This document shows positions 43,818-52,707 of a stretch of DNA of 64,000 nt, in pieces. Position 1 is the first letter of the stretch. Each line of letters starts with the position of its first letter. The stretch is from Actinomycetota bacterium (GTDB taxonomy: Bacteria > Actinomycetota > Thermoleophilia > UBA2241): NCBI GenBank assembly GCA_012514235.1, contig JAAZAR010000159.1, forward strand, positions 1,065 through 65,064, read 5' to 3'. The position numbers and the translations under genes are program-made. The notes below the pieces were generated by a model, which made no database searches, was not told the origin of the DNA, and saw only the letters and a program-made list of their open reading frames with translations.

Positions 43818-45386
43818 TCAGTAGTCTTCCTGCGAGAGCGACTCGTCGATGACCGAGTCGGTCTCCGCGTCCAGGCCGTGGTCCTCACCCGTCGGGACTG
43901 GCTTGTCGCCGCTGTCCCGCGAGAGGAGCGCGGCTTCGCCGCTCATCATCGCGTCGAACGCCTTCGCCTTGAGACGGGCTCTTGTCTCCTCGATGCGGCG
44001 CCGCATCTCGGCCTGGTCGATGGCGCTCCCTTCGCGGGGTGCCTCCTCGACGGGTGCCGATGCGGCGGCGTCGGGTCCGGAGGGCCGGGAGGAGGCGGCG
44101 TCTGCGGCAGCGACCTGGTCCTCCGGCTGCGTCGGCTGTTCCTCGACGATCGCGGGCTGCTCCTCGGGGATCGCCTCTTCCTCACCCGGCTGTTCGGCGA
44201 GCGGGGCAGCCGGCGCCTCGTCCGGCACTTCGGCGACCGGCACTTCCGCGGCAGGCTCTTCGGAGACGGGTTGCTCCTCAGCCGGAGCAGGCTCCGCGAC
44301 GGGAGCGTCGGGCTCAAGCCTCTGGTCGGCACTCCACGCGGAAGGCGTCTCAGGCTGCGGCTCCGCGACCACCTCGTCGACCGCCGGCTCCTCGATGATC
44401 GCCTCTTCGGCGACGGCCTCAGCGCGATCGGCCTCGTCGGCGGCTTCCTCGGCGAGGACCTCCTCGGCGGCCGCATCGGCGACGGCAAGCTCCGCGACGA
44501 TCTCCGACGCCGCGGCCTCGACGACCGCCTCCTCGGCGACCAGCTCGGCGGCATCCGCGTCGGCGACAGCTGCTTCGGCGACGTTGGTCGCCGTGTCGGC
44601 CTCTTCGATGGCCGCCTCGGCCGCCAGCTCGGCGGCGGCGGCATCGGCGTCGTCAGCCAGCAGCGCGTCGGCGACTGCCTCCTCGGCGGCTTCCTCGGCG
44701 GCCACGGCGTCGTACACAGCCTCTTCGGCGACCGCTTCGGCCACCTCAGCCTCGGCGACTGCCTCCTCGGCCACGATCTCGGCGGCGGCGGCCTGCAACA
44801 CGGCCGCCTCGGCGACGAGCTCCGCGGCGGCGGCATCCGCGGCGGTCTCGTCCGCCACCTCTGCGGTCTCGTCCGCCACCTTCGCGGCCTGCTCGGCGAA
44901 CGGCTGCGCCAGCTCGCTCTCGAGCGCCGCTCTCGTCCCCTCGATGCGCGCCCGCAGATCCTCGCCCTCCGGCGCCGGCGGCTGCTCGTCCACGACCGGG
45001 AACGGCTGCGGCGACGCCACGTCCTCAGCCGCAACCTCGTCGGCCGGAGGCTCCTCTGCCGGAGGCTCCTCGGCCGGAGGCTCCTCGGCCGCGGCCTCCT
45101 CGACCGGAGGCTCCTCGGCCGCGGTCTCCTCGACCACGCTCTCCTCGACAGCGGCTCCAGCATCCACCGGCTCCTCGACCGCCGTCCCGGCGACCGGGGG
45201 CTCGGCGACTGCAACGCCGCCCCAGTCGGTCTCCGGCGCCGCAACCTGGTCGGACCCGGCGCCGAGCAGCTTGCCGCTCGCGCCGCCGGCCAGCTGCCGG
45301 CGAAGCTCCCGACCGCTCTTGGGAGCGACGAGCAGTGCGACACCCGCACCGATCATGAGCCCGAGCAGAAACCTGATCACCTTCAT
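43818..45386 (-). CDS. YtxH-domain protein with about 400-aa poly-acidic Ala/Glu/Val/Pro low-complexity region
   Basis: The N-terminus 'MKVIRFLLGLMIGAGVALLVAPKSGRELRRQL' is YtxH-like. The rest consists of A/E/V/P repeats (EEPPA x3, AEVADET x2, and others). AAGGAGG SD. Confidence 0.75.
   Translation of the reverse strand: MKVIRFLLGLMIGAGVALLVAPKSGRELRRQLAGGASGKLLGAGSDQVAAPETDWGGVAVAEPPVAGTAVEEPVDAGAAVEESVVEETAAEEPPVEEAAAEEPPAEEPPAEEPPADEVAAEDVASPQPFPVVDEQPPAPEGEDLRARIEGTRAALESELAQPFAEQAAKVADETAEVADETAADAAAAELVAEAAVLQAAAAEIVAEEAVAEAEVAEAVAEEAVYDAVAAEEAAEEAVADALLADDADAAAAELAAEAAIEEADTATNVAEAAVADADAAELVAEEAVVEAAASEIVAELAVADAAAEEVLAEEAADEADRAEAVAEEAIIEEPAVDEVVAEPQPETPSAWSADQRLEPDAPVAEPAPAEEQPVSEEPAAEVPVAEVPDEAPAAPLAEQPGEEEAIPEEQPAIVEEQPTQPEDQVAAADAASSRPSGPDAAASAPVEEAPREGSAIDQAEMRRRIEETRARLKAKAFDAMMSGEAALLSRDSGDKPVPTGEDHGLDAETDSVIDESLSQEDY
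44843..44884 (-). repeat. 21-nt x2 in-frame tandem repeat (encodes AEVADET x2)
   Basis: CGGTCTCGTCCGCCACCTCTG / CGGTCTCGTCCGCCACCTTCG are adjacent. Confidence 0.8.
45043..45134 (-). repeat. 15-nt x3 and 30-nt x2 in-frame tandem repeats (EEPPA / EEAAAEEPPV units)
   Basis: GCCGGAGGCTCCTC(T/G) occurs three times, followed by CGGAGGCTCCTCGGCCGCGG(C/T)CTCCTCGAC twice. Confidence 0.8.
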
Positions 45387-45556
45387 CGCTGCCTCCTTGA
45401 CCGCCTCGGTGCCAGCCCCACAGGCGCGCGAAACCGGCGAAGTGTACGTCGGAAGAAATGTGCCCGAGCTTTACAGTGTACAGCTCTGTATACGCTGGTC
45501 CGGAAGGCAGTCCTGCAGGGTCTGGCGCCCGGCTTCCGGCCCGTCCTCAGCGACCA

Positions 45557-45952
45557 TCAGGCGAGTCGCTGCACCGAGACGCTGCCGTCCTCACGCGCGC
45601 TCAGCAGCACGACCCACTCGGGTCCCCACTGCTCACTCACGCGTCCCGCCGCCTCGGTGAGCGCGGCGCTCACATCCTTGCCCACGAACGCCATGAGCGG
45701 CAGCATCGGCCGATGCTCGATCTGCACCCGTACGCCCTCCTCGCTCTGCTTCAGGAGGATGGGTTCGGCGCTGAGCTCATGGAGGCGGGCGGCATTGGCC
45801 GGCGTGATCTCCAGCGCCGCCCGCGCGCCGGCCGCAGCGGTGGGGGAGGAGTCGAGATCCGTCTTGACCCGGCGGGCGAAGGCCCACACGGTGAAGAGCG
45901 CGACGACCGCCACAACGAGAAACACCAGGACCACCGCGACCGTCCCGCTCAC
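45557..45952 (-). CDS. small N-terminally anchored membrane protein, hypothetical
   Basis: It starts 'VSGTVAVVLVFLVVAVVALFTVWAF'. The GTG start overlaps the rarA stop (GTGA). Confidence 0.55.
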   Translation of the reverse strand: MSGTVAVVLVFLVVAVVALFTVWAFARRVKTDLDSSPTAAAGARAALEITPANAARLHELSAEPILLKQSEEGVRVQIEHRPMLPLMAFVGKDVSAALTEAAGRVSEQWGPEWVVLLSAREDGSVSVQRLA

Positions 45953-47298
45953 GTCCTGTTCTCCTCCTCTTCGCCGTCGGCTCGGGCCGCCCGCCGCCTC
46001 TCCTCGAGGCGGGCGGCCATCTGCGTCTCGAGTCCGCGTATCGGCACGTAGTAGCGACGTCCTGAGAGCCTGTCCGGCAGATGCTGCTGCTCGACCCAGC
46101 CGCCACTGGCGTGCGGGTACATGTACCCCGCACCGTGCCCGAGTTCCTTCGCGCCGCGGTAGCTGGCATCGCGGAGGTGCGGGGGAGGCGGTTGGTTGCC
46201 CTCGCGGCGCACGTCCTCCAGGGCGGCGTCGACGGCCTTGTAGGCGGCGTTGCTCTTGGGTGCCAGCGAGAGGTACGTCGCGGCCTGGCTGAGGTTGATG
46301 CGGCACTCAGGCAGGCCCACGTAGTCGACGGCGCGCGCCGCGTCGACGGCCACCTGCAGCGCGCGCGGGTCGGCGTTGCCCACGTCCTCGCTGGCGAAGA
46401 TGATCATGCGACGGGCGATGAACCGCGGATCCTCTCCTCCGGCGATCATGGATGCCAGGTAGTACACGGCCGCGTCGGCGTCACTCCCCCGCATGCTCTT
46501 GATGAAGGCCGAGATGGTGTCGTAGTGCGCGTCCTCTCGGTCGTACATGACCGGCGACTTCTGGGCGGCGTCCTGCAGGTCGTCCAGCGTGAGGACGACC
46601 GGCTTGCCGCCGGCGGCGGCCGAACGGGAGCGCCACGCGGTCTCGAGGGCGTTGAGCGCCACCCGTGCGTCGCCGCGCGAGATGCCTGCGAGGAAGCCGA
46701 GCGCGCCCTCGCCGAGCGTCACACCCTCGCCGCCGAGGCCGCGCTCGGAGTCCTCGAGCGCCGCCGTGATCACGCGCTCGATCGTCTCCGGCGACAGTGG
46801 TTCGAACCGGTACAGCTGGCAGCGGCTGATGAGGGCCGAGTTGACTTCGAAGTAGGGGTTCTCGGTCGTGGCGCCGATGAGCGTGACGACGCCATCCTCG
46901 ATGGCCGGCAGCAGCGCGTCCTGCTGCGCCTTGTTGAAGCGGTGGATCTCGTCGATGAAGAGGATAGTGCGGGCGCCGCTCAGGGTGCGCGCCTCGCGCG
47001 CCCCCTGGATCGCGGCCCGCACATCAGCCGTGCCGGAGCTCACCGCCGAGAGCTGCACCAGGCGCGCGCGGGTCTCGGTGGCGATGAGCCGCGCCAGCGT
47101 GGTCTTGCCGCAGCCGGGCGGCCCGAACAGGATCATGCTGACCAGCTGGCCGCCCTCCACGGCGGCGCGCAGGACCGTGCCGGGTCCGATGATGTGCTCC
47201 TGCCCGGCGAACTCCGCGAGCGTGCGCGGCCGCATTCGCGCCGCCAGCGGCGCCTCGGCGGCCGCCTGCTCGTCGCCGAGTGAGAACAGGTCGTCCAT
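45949..47298 (-). CDS. rarA: replication-associated recombination protein A (AAA+ ATPase)
   Basis: 'RMRPRTLAEFAGQEHIIG', Walker A 'LFGPPGCGKTT', 'FIDEIHRFNKAQQDALLP', and an MgsA C-terminal 'GHGAGYMYPH'. Confidence 0.9.
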   Translation of the reverse strand: MDDLFSLGDEQAAAEAPLAARMRPRTLAEFAGQEHIIGPGTVLRAAVEGGQLVSMILFGPPGCGKTTLARLIATETRARLVQLSAVSSGTADVRAAIQGAREARTLSGARTILFIDEIHRFNKAQQDALLPAIEDGVVTLIGATTENPYFEVNSALISRCQLYRFEPLSPETIERVITAALEDSERGLGGEGVTLGEGALGFLAGISRGDARVALNALETAWRSRSAAAGGKPVVLTLDDLQDAAQKSPVMYDREDAHYDTISAFIKSMRGSDADAAVYYLASMIAGGEDPRFIARRMIIFASEDVGNADPRALQVAVDAARAVDYVGLPECRINLSQAATYLSLAPKSNAAYKAVDAALEDVRREGNQPPPPHLRDASYRGAKELGHGAGYMYPHASGGWVEQQHLPDRLSGRRYYVPIRGLETQMAARLEERRRAARADGEEEENRT

Positions 47299-47369
47299 GA
47301 GGCCAGTCTACGCCAGGCCGGCCCGGGCCTCACCGGTCCTTGCGTCCGGACGTGCGCGCCGCCATCTGG

Positions 47370-47375
47370 TACTAT
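47370..47375 (+). promoter_or_regulatory. candidate extended -10 (TGgTACTAT), leaderless HNH gene
   Basis: It ends 8 nt before the ATG at 47384, and there is no SD. Confidence 0.35.
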
Positions 47376-47383
47376 CCGTGACG

Positions 47384-47887
47384 ATGCGCAAGGTGCTGGT
47401 GCTGAACACCACCTACGAGCCGCTCAACGTGTGCTCTGTGCGTCGCGCGCTCGTTCTCCTGCTCAAGGACAAGGCGGAAGTCCTCGAGGAGTCCGGCGCG
47501 GCCCTCCACAGCGAACGAGACGCCTTCCCGATCCCGCTCGTCATCCGGCTCACGACCTACGTGCGCGTCCCCCACCGCAACCCTGCCGCCCGCATCTCGC
47601 GACGGGCCGTGTTCGCACGAGACAGGCATCGCTGCCAGTACTGCGGCAGCGCGAGGCACCTCACCGTCGACCACGTGGTGCCGCGCTCCAAGGGCGGAGC
47701 CGACACGTGGGACAACCTCGTCACATCCTGCGCGCCCTGCAACCGCAAGAAGGGCGACAGACCGCTCCACCTTGCCGGGCTGCGCCTGCTGCGCCAGCCG
47801 CAGCCACCTGGACCGGCGGCCTTCGTCCTCCTGCACGTGGACCACGTCCACGAAAGCTGGCGGCCGTACCTGAGCTTCGCGTCCTGA
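47384..47887 (+). CDS. HNH endonuclease family protein
   Basis: 'CQYCGSARHLTVDHVVPRSKGGADTWDNLVTSCAPCNRKKG'. I chose the ATG at 47384 rather than the 339-aa antisense-overlapping ORF. Confidence 0.85.
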   Translation: MRKVLVLNTTYEPLNVCSVRRALVLLLKDKAEVLEESGAALHSERDAFPIPLVIRLTTYVRVPHRNPAARISRRAVFARDRHRCQYCGSARHLTVDHVVPRSKGGADTWDNLVTSCAPCNRKKGDRPLHLAGLRLLRQPQPPGPAAFVLLHVDHVHESWRPYLSFAS

Positions 47888-47983
47888 GCTGCGGCTCGGA
47901 CCCTTGCGACGAGAAGGGCCCCGGGGCTGACGCCCCGGGGCCCTTTCGCTCGTCGTCGCGTGCGGCTGACGCTGTTGCCGCCC

Positions 47984-49840
47984 TCACACCTCAGTCTCGG
48001 CCCGTCCGCTGCGACGACGCAGCAGCAGCACGGCGATCAAGGCAACGACGATCACCGCGACGACGATCGCGATGATGGTCCCCGTGCTGGACCCGCTGCT
48101 CGCGGCCTGGGTCGTGGACCCCGGGTGCACCGAGAGGTACGTGTCGGGCTGGGTGTTGTACCACCATGCGCCCTTGTTCTCGTTGGCGCGGACCCAGCCT
48201 GTCCACTTGCCCTTGTTCGCCGCCTCGAGGTCCTTGGGGTAGGCCAGCAGGATGTACGGCGACTCGTCGTAGATGATCTCCTGCATGCGGTGCACGATGG
48301 CGATGCGCTCCTGCACGTCGATCGTGCTCTGCTGCTTGAGGAAGAGCTCGTCGTACTCCTTGTTGGACCATATGCAGTCGCTCCAGCTCTCGATGGAGTT
48401 GGTGGTCATCACCGAGAGGATGAAGTTGGGGTCCACGTCGCCGCCCCAGCCCCAGATGAACATGTCGAAGTCTGGGGCGTACTCGTCGCCGTCGTAGTTG
48501 TACTGCTTGTCGCCCAGGGCGCCGTCGTCGATGACCTGGTAGTCGATGTCGAGGCCGACCTCCTCGAACCAGCCGGCGATGAGCTTGCCGCTGTTCTGGC
48601 TCGAGGGGGACTCGGTGCGCGCGTACAGGCGCAGCTTGATCGGTTCGCCCTTGTACTCGCGGATGCCGTCACCGTCGCCGTCCGTGTAGCCTGCCTCGTC
48701 CAGCGCCTGCCGCGCCTTGTCGAGGTCGAACGTGTAGGCGGACTCGGCCGGCGGCGTCCAGTGGTAGTCGGCCTCGGCCGAGTAGTAGTCGCGCGTGACC
48801 AGCGTGTCGGCCGGCGCGGCGTCGCCGCTGTAGCCGATGGAGACGATCTTGTCCTTGTCGACGGCCCACTGCAGCGCGCTCCGGAACGCCGGGTCCTGCA
48901 GGACCGGGTGCCCCGTCGACTTGGGGTAGACCTTCTTGTCGGCGCAGTTGAAGCCGAGCTCGTCGACCCCGATGGTCACGGCCCTGATGGCCTCGAGGTC
49001 GGGCTCATTGTTCAGGGGATCGAACTGCGCCGACGGGATGTTCCAGCCGGACTGGATGGCGCCGGTCTTGAGGTCCTGCGCCATCGTGTCCTGGTTCTGG
49101 TAGGTCTGGAAGATGACCTCGTCGATCTTCGGGGCGCCGCGCCAGTAGTCCTTGTTGGCCACCATGCGCACGTACTCGCCCTTCTTCCACTCCACGGTCT
49201 GGAACGGGCCGGAGCCGATGATCGGCGGGGAGTTCTTGAACTTGTTCTCGACCTCGGACGGCTTGACCTTGCTCCAGATGTGCTCCGGCAGGATGGGGAT
49301 CCACAGCCCGAGCATGTTGGCCTTCGGCTTGCTGCACGTGAACACCACGTGCGTGTCGTCGGCGGCCTCGACCTTGTCGATGAACTTGACGTAGTCGAGG
49401 AACATGCCGAGCTCGTTCTCGATGATGTAGGTGAAGGTGAATGCGACGTCACGCGCAGTGAGCGGCTTGCCGTCCTGCCACTTCGCCTTGTCGGTGATGG
49501 TGAACGTCCACACCTTGCCGTCCTCGGACGTCTCCCAGTCGGTGGCCAAGCCGATGTCGGGGACGTTGGCCATGTCTTCGGCGCGGAAGCCGACCAGCAG
49601 CTCGTAGTTGATCGCCCAGATCTCGTAGCTGGACGACTCGTAGCCGATGAACGGGTTGAGGTTGTCCGGGTCGTTGGTCCAGCCCAGACGCAAGATCGTC
49701 TTGCCCTTGTCCGCTGCCGGCGAGGCACTCTCGTCCGCCGCCACGGCGCTGCCGATGCCCCACACCAGCCCCGTGCCGAGCACGGCGACGATCGCCAGCG
49801 CCAGCAGACGACTCTTCAATCGAACGCGTAACGCAGCCAC
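47984..49840 (-). CDS. ABC-transporter substrate-binding protein (family 5, peptide/nickel type) with C-terminal TM anchor
   Basis: A signal peptide, then 'LRLGWTNDPDNLNPF', 'WTFTITDKAKWQDGKPLTARDVAFTF'. The C-terminus reads 'STGTIIAIVVAVIVVALIAVLLLRRRS'. Confidence 0.9.
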   Translation of the reverse strand: MAALRVRLKSRLLALAIVAVLGTGLVWGIGSAVAADESASPAADKGKTILRLGWTNDPDNLNPFIGYESSSYEIWAINYELLVGFRAEDMANVPDIGLATDWETSEDGKVWTFTITDKAKWQDGKPLTARDVAFTFTYIIENELGMFLDYVKFIDKVEAADDTHVVFTCSKPKANMLGLWIPILPEHIWSKVKPSEVENKFKNSPPIIGSGPFQTVEWKKGEYVRMVANKDYWRGAPKIDEVIFQTYQNQDTMAQDLKTGAIQSGWNIPSAQFDPLNNEPDLEAIRAVTIGVDELGFNCADKKVYPKSTGHPVLQDPAFRSALQWAVDKDKIVSIGYSGDAAPADTLVTRDYYSAEADYHWTPPAESAYTFDLDKARQALDEAGYTDGDGDGIREYKGEPIKLRLYARTESPSSQNSGKLIAGWFEEVGLDIDYQVIDDGALGDKQYNYDGDEYAPDFDMFIWGWGGDVDPNFILSVMTTNSIESWSDCIWSNKEYDELFLKQQSTIDVQERIAIVHRMQEIIYDESPYILLAYPKDLEAANKGKWTGWVRANENKGAWWYNTQPDTYLSVHPGSTTQAASSGSSTGTIIAIVVAVIVVALIAVLLLRRRSGRAETEV

Positions 49841-49923
49841 CTTCTCTCCTTCCGTTCCCCCCCACGGTCAGACCGTGCTGCCATCTACTTAACCATCTCG
49901 TGCACGGCTCGGCCAGTTCGCGG

Positions 49924-49932
49924 TGCTATACT
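49924..49932 (+). promoter_or_regulatory. candidate extended -10 (TGcTATACT), leaderless start at 49940
   Basis: It ends 7 nt before the GTG at 49940. Confidence 0.35.
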
Positions 49933-49939
49933 CCGCGCC

Positions 49940-50215
49940 GTGATCATCGACCAGGGCAGAGATCCTCGTCTCCAGCTGGACGATGCGGAGCCGTTCCGCA
50001 TCGACAGCGCCGAGGTGACTCGCGACATCGAGCGATCGACGCTCACCAACATCATCCTGGACGGCGACGCGTTCAGCCTGCCGGTCGGAGCTCGAGTCAC
50101 TCTGTGGACCGGCTCCAACGTCGTCTTCGTCGGCAAGGCCGTCGACGAGCATCACGTGCTGGACCTGCTCTCCACGGAGACGGACGACGAGCTGACGGGC
50201 GACGAGGTCATCTGA
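49940..50215 (+). CDS. hypothetical protein (91 aa) preceding the rml operon
   Basis: A GC3-biased ORF with no recognised motif. Confidence 0.5.
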   Translation: MIIDQGRDPRLQLDDAEPFRIDSAEVTRDIERSTLTNIILDGDAFSLPVGARVTLWTGSNVVFVGKAVDEHHVLDLLSTETDDELTGDEVI

Positions 50216-50237
50216 CGGGCGGACAAGGGGCACGCCC

Positions 50238-51302
50238 ATGAAAGGCCTGATCCTGAGCGGCGGAGCGGGCACCCGCCTCAGACCCATCACGCACACTGCC
50301 GCGAAGCAGCTCGTGCCCGTGGCCAACAAGCCGGTCCTCTTCTACGGCCTCGAGGCCATGCGTGCCGCGGGCATCACCGAGGTCGGCATCGTCGTCGGCG
50401 ACACGCGCCCGGAGATCGAGGAGGCGGTCGGCGACGGCAGCCGGTTCGGCCTCTCCGTCACCTATCTGCCGCAGGAGGCGCCGCTGGGTCTCGCGCACGC
50501 GGTCCTCATCAGCGAGAGCTTCCTCGGCGCCGAGCCGTTCGTGATGTACCTCGGCGACAACCTGCTCAAGGAAGGCATCGGGCGCTTCGTGGAGACGTTC
50601 CGGCAGAGCGCCCCCGACGCGCTCATCCTGCTGCAGAAGGTCGCCGACCCCAGGAGCTACGGCATCGCCGAACTCAACGAGGAGGGGTGCCTGGCGCGGC
50701 TCGTGGAGAAGCCGGCCGAGCCGCGCAGCGATCTCGCCCTCGTGGGCGTGTATCTCTTCACGCGGGCCATCTTCACCAGCGTGAAGGCAATCACGCCCAG
50801 CGCCCGCGGCGAGCTCGAGATCACCGACGCCATCCAGCACATGGTCGACCGCGGGCTCCGCGTCGAGCCGCACGTGGTCACCGGCTGGTGGAAGGACACG
50901 GGCAAGCTCGAGGACATGCTCGAGGCCAACCGCCTGGTCCTCAGCACCATCGAGCGCGACGTGCAGGGCGACGTGCCCGAGACGACCATCGAGGGCCCGG
51001 TGGTCATCGGGTCCGGCAGTCGCGTGGAACGGTGCACCGTCCGCGGACCCGTGGTCATCGGGGACGGCTGCCGGATCAGCGACAGTTTCATCGGCCCGTA
51101 CACGTCGATCAGCGACGGCGTCGTCGTCGACCACGCCGAGCTGGAGCATTCGATCGTCCTCGAGAACAGCCGGATCTCCCACCTCGGCGCCCGCATGACC
51201 GACAGCCTCGTCGGTCGTGATTGCGTCATCGCCCACAACGACGCCCGTCCCGTCGCGTACCGCTTCCTCGTGGGCGACTCCAGCCAGATCGGCATCCTGT
51301 AA
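50238..51302 (+). CDS. rmlA: glucose-1-phosphate thymidylyltransferase, long form with left-handed beta-helix C-domain
   Basis: 'MKGLILSGGAGTRLRPITHTAAKQLVPVANKP' and 'YLGDNL', followed by hexapeptide-repeat-like C-terminal region. Confidence 0.85.
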   Translation: MKGLILSGGAGTRLRPITHTAAKQLVPVANKPVLFYGLEAMRAAGITEVGIVVGDTRPEIEEAVGDGSRFGLSVTYLPQEAPLGLAHAVLISESFLGAEPFVMYLGDNLLKEGIGRFVETFRQSAPDALILLQKVADPRSYGIAELNEEGCLARLVEKPAEPRSDLALVGVYLFTRAIFTSVKAITPSARGELEITDAIQHMVDRGLRVEPHVVTGWWKDTGKLEDMLEANRLVLSTIERDVQGDVPETTIEGPVVIGSGSRVERCTVRGPVVIGDGCRISDSFIGPYTSISDGVVVDHAELEHSIVLENSRISHLGARMTDSLVGRDCVIAHNDARPVAYRFLVGDSSQIGIL

Positions 51303-51326
51303 GGGGCTCGGGCAAGGAGAAGCCAC

Positions 51327-51815
51327 ATGATCGACGGCGTCATGGTCAAGCAGCTCAAGGTCATCCCCGACGAGCGCGGACGGCTGATGGAGTGCCTGCG
51401 CAGCGACGACGACCTCTTCATCCGATTCGGCCAGCTGTACATGACGACCACCTATCCCGGCGTGGTCAAGGGCTGGCATCTGCACGACGCGCAGTGGGAC
51501 AACATCGTCTGCGTCAAGGGCATGCTGAAGCTCGCGCTGTTCGACGGCCGCGGGGCCGCAGGCGACGCGGCCGCGCCCGGGCACGAGCCCTCCGTCACGC
51601 CCGGGCAGATCGACGAGTTCTTCATCGGAGACCACCGGCCGCTGCTCGTCCGCATCCCTCCCGGCGTCTGGCACGGCTGGAAGTGCGTCGGGCCGGAGGA
51701 AGCCTACGTGGTGAACGCCCCCACCGAGGTCTACGACTACGACGACCCGGACCAGCGCGAGCTGCCCCACGACACGGACGCCATACCGTACGACTGGAGC
51801 GTCAAGCTGCGCTAG
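51327..51815 (+). CDS. rmlC: dTDP-4-dehydrorhamnose 3,5-epimerase-like cupin
   Basis: 'VIPDERGRLMECL' and 'VVKGWHLHDAQWDNIVCVKG'. It is a short cupin form sitting between rmlA and rmlD. Confidence 0.7.
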   Translation: MIDGVMVKQLKVIPDERGRLMECLRSDDDLFIRFGQLYMTTTYPGVVKGWHLHDAQWDNIVCVKGMLKLALFDGRGAAGDAAAPGHEPSVTPGQIDEFFIGDHRPLLVRIPPGVWHGWKCVGPEEAYVVNAPTEVYDYDDPDQRELPHDTDAIPYDWSVKLR

Positions 51816-51834
51816 GCGCGGCTGGCGGAGCTGC

Positions 51835-52680
51835 ATGCCGCGGTGGTTCGTCACAGGGGGCGGAGGCCAGCTGGCGACCGCCTTCGCCGACCTCCTCGAG
51901 GGGGAGGTGCTCCTCAACCGCGAGGAGGCGCTCGACATCCGGGACGCCGAGGCGCTGCGGGTGGCCGTCCACGCCTTCGCGCCCGACTGCGTGCTGCACT
52001 GCGCCGCGTACACGGACGTGGACGGCGCCGAGGCCCATGCGGAGACTGCCGAGGCGGTCAACGTGACCGGCACACGCAACGTGGTGGAGGCGGTGCGCGG
52101 CACGCATACCAGCGTCGTCTACTTCAGCACCGACTACGTCTTCGACGGTCAGAAGGGCGCGCCGTACGTGGAGAGCGACGCGACGCGCCCGCTCAACGTC
52201 TACGGCCGCACCAAGCTCGCCGGCGAGCGGGAGGTGCTCGGCTGGGTCCATGGCCTCGTCGTCCGCACTGCATGGCTCTTCAGCGAGACCGGCCACAACT
52301 TCGTCAGGTCCATCCTCGCCGCGGCGCGCGAGCGCGCCGGGACGGGCGAGCCCCTCCGCGTCGTGGACGACCAGATCGGCTCGCCCACCTACGCCCCGCA
52401 TCTCGCGGCGGCGGTCGATGAGGTGGTCCGTCGCGGCGTCGGCCCCGGCCTGTACCACCTGGCAGGCAGCGGCTACTGCTCCTGGTGCGAGCTGGCGCGC
52501 GAGGTCGTGCAGCTCGCCGGGCTCGACGTGGAGGTGGAACCCATCACCACGCGCGAGGCGGGCCGGCCGGCGCGCCGGCCGGCCTTCTCCGCGCTCGACA
52601 CGGAGCGCCCCATCCCCCGCCTGCCGCACTGGGCGGAGGGCGTCGCACAAGCCGTCGACAAGCTCGTCCCGCTCGGCTGA
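51835..52680 (+). CDS. rmlD: dTDP-4-dehydrorhamnose reductase
   Basis: 'VTGGGGQLA', 'HCAAYTDVDGAE', 'STDYVFDG' and 'PLNVYGRTKLAGE'. Confidence 0.85.
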   Translation: MPRWFVTGGGGQLATAFADLLEGEVLLNREEALDIRDAEALRVAVHAFAPDCVLHCAAYTDVDGAEAHAETAEAVNVTGTRNVVEAVRGTHTSVVYFSTDYVFDGQKGAPYVESDATRPLNVYGRTKLAGEREVLGWVHGLVVRTAWLFSETGHNFVRSILAAARERAGTGEPLRVVDDQIGSPTYAPHLAAAVDEVVRRGVGPGLYHLAGSGYCSWCELAREVVQLAGLDVEVEPITTREAGRPARRPAFSALDTERPIPRLPHWAEGVAQAVDKLVPLG

Positions 52681-52707
52681 GCGGCGTCAGGCCAGGAGGA
52701 GGTCAGC

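Noticed and set aside
43849-46292. 603-aa and 804-aa plus-strand ORFs, and a 467-aa alternative minus frame, across the acidic-repeat gene.
   Set aside because: They are by-products of the GCC/GAG/GAA-type codon repeats, which keep every frame open. Only the 43818-45386 minus frame has a YtxH N-terminus, a strong SD and a sensible C-terminus.
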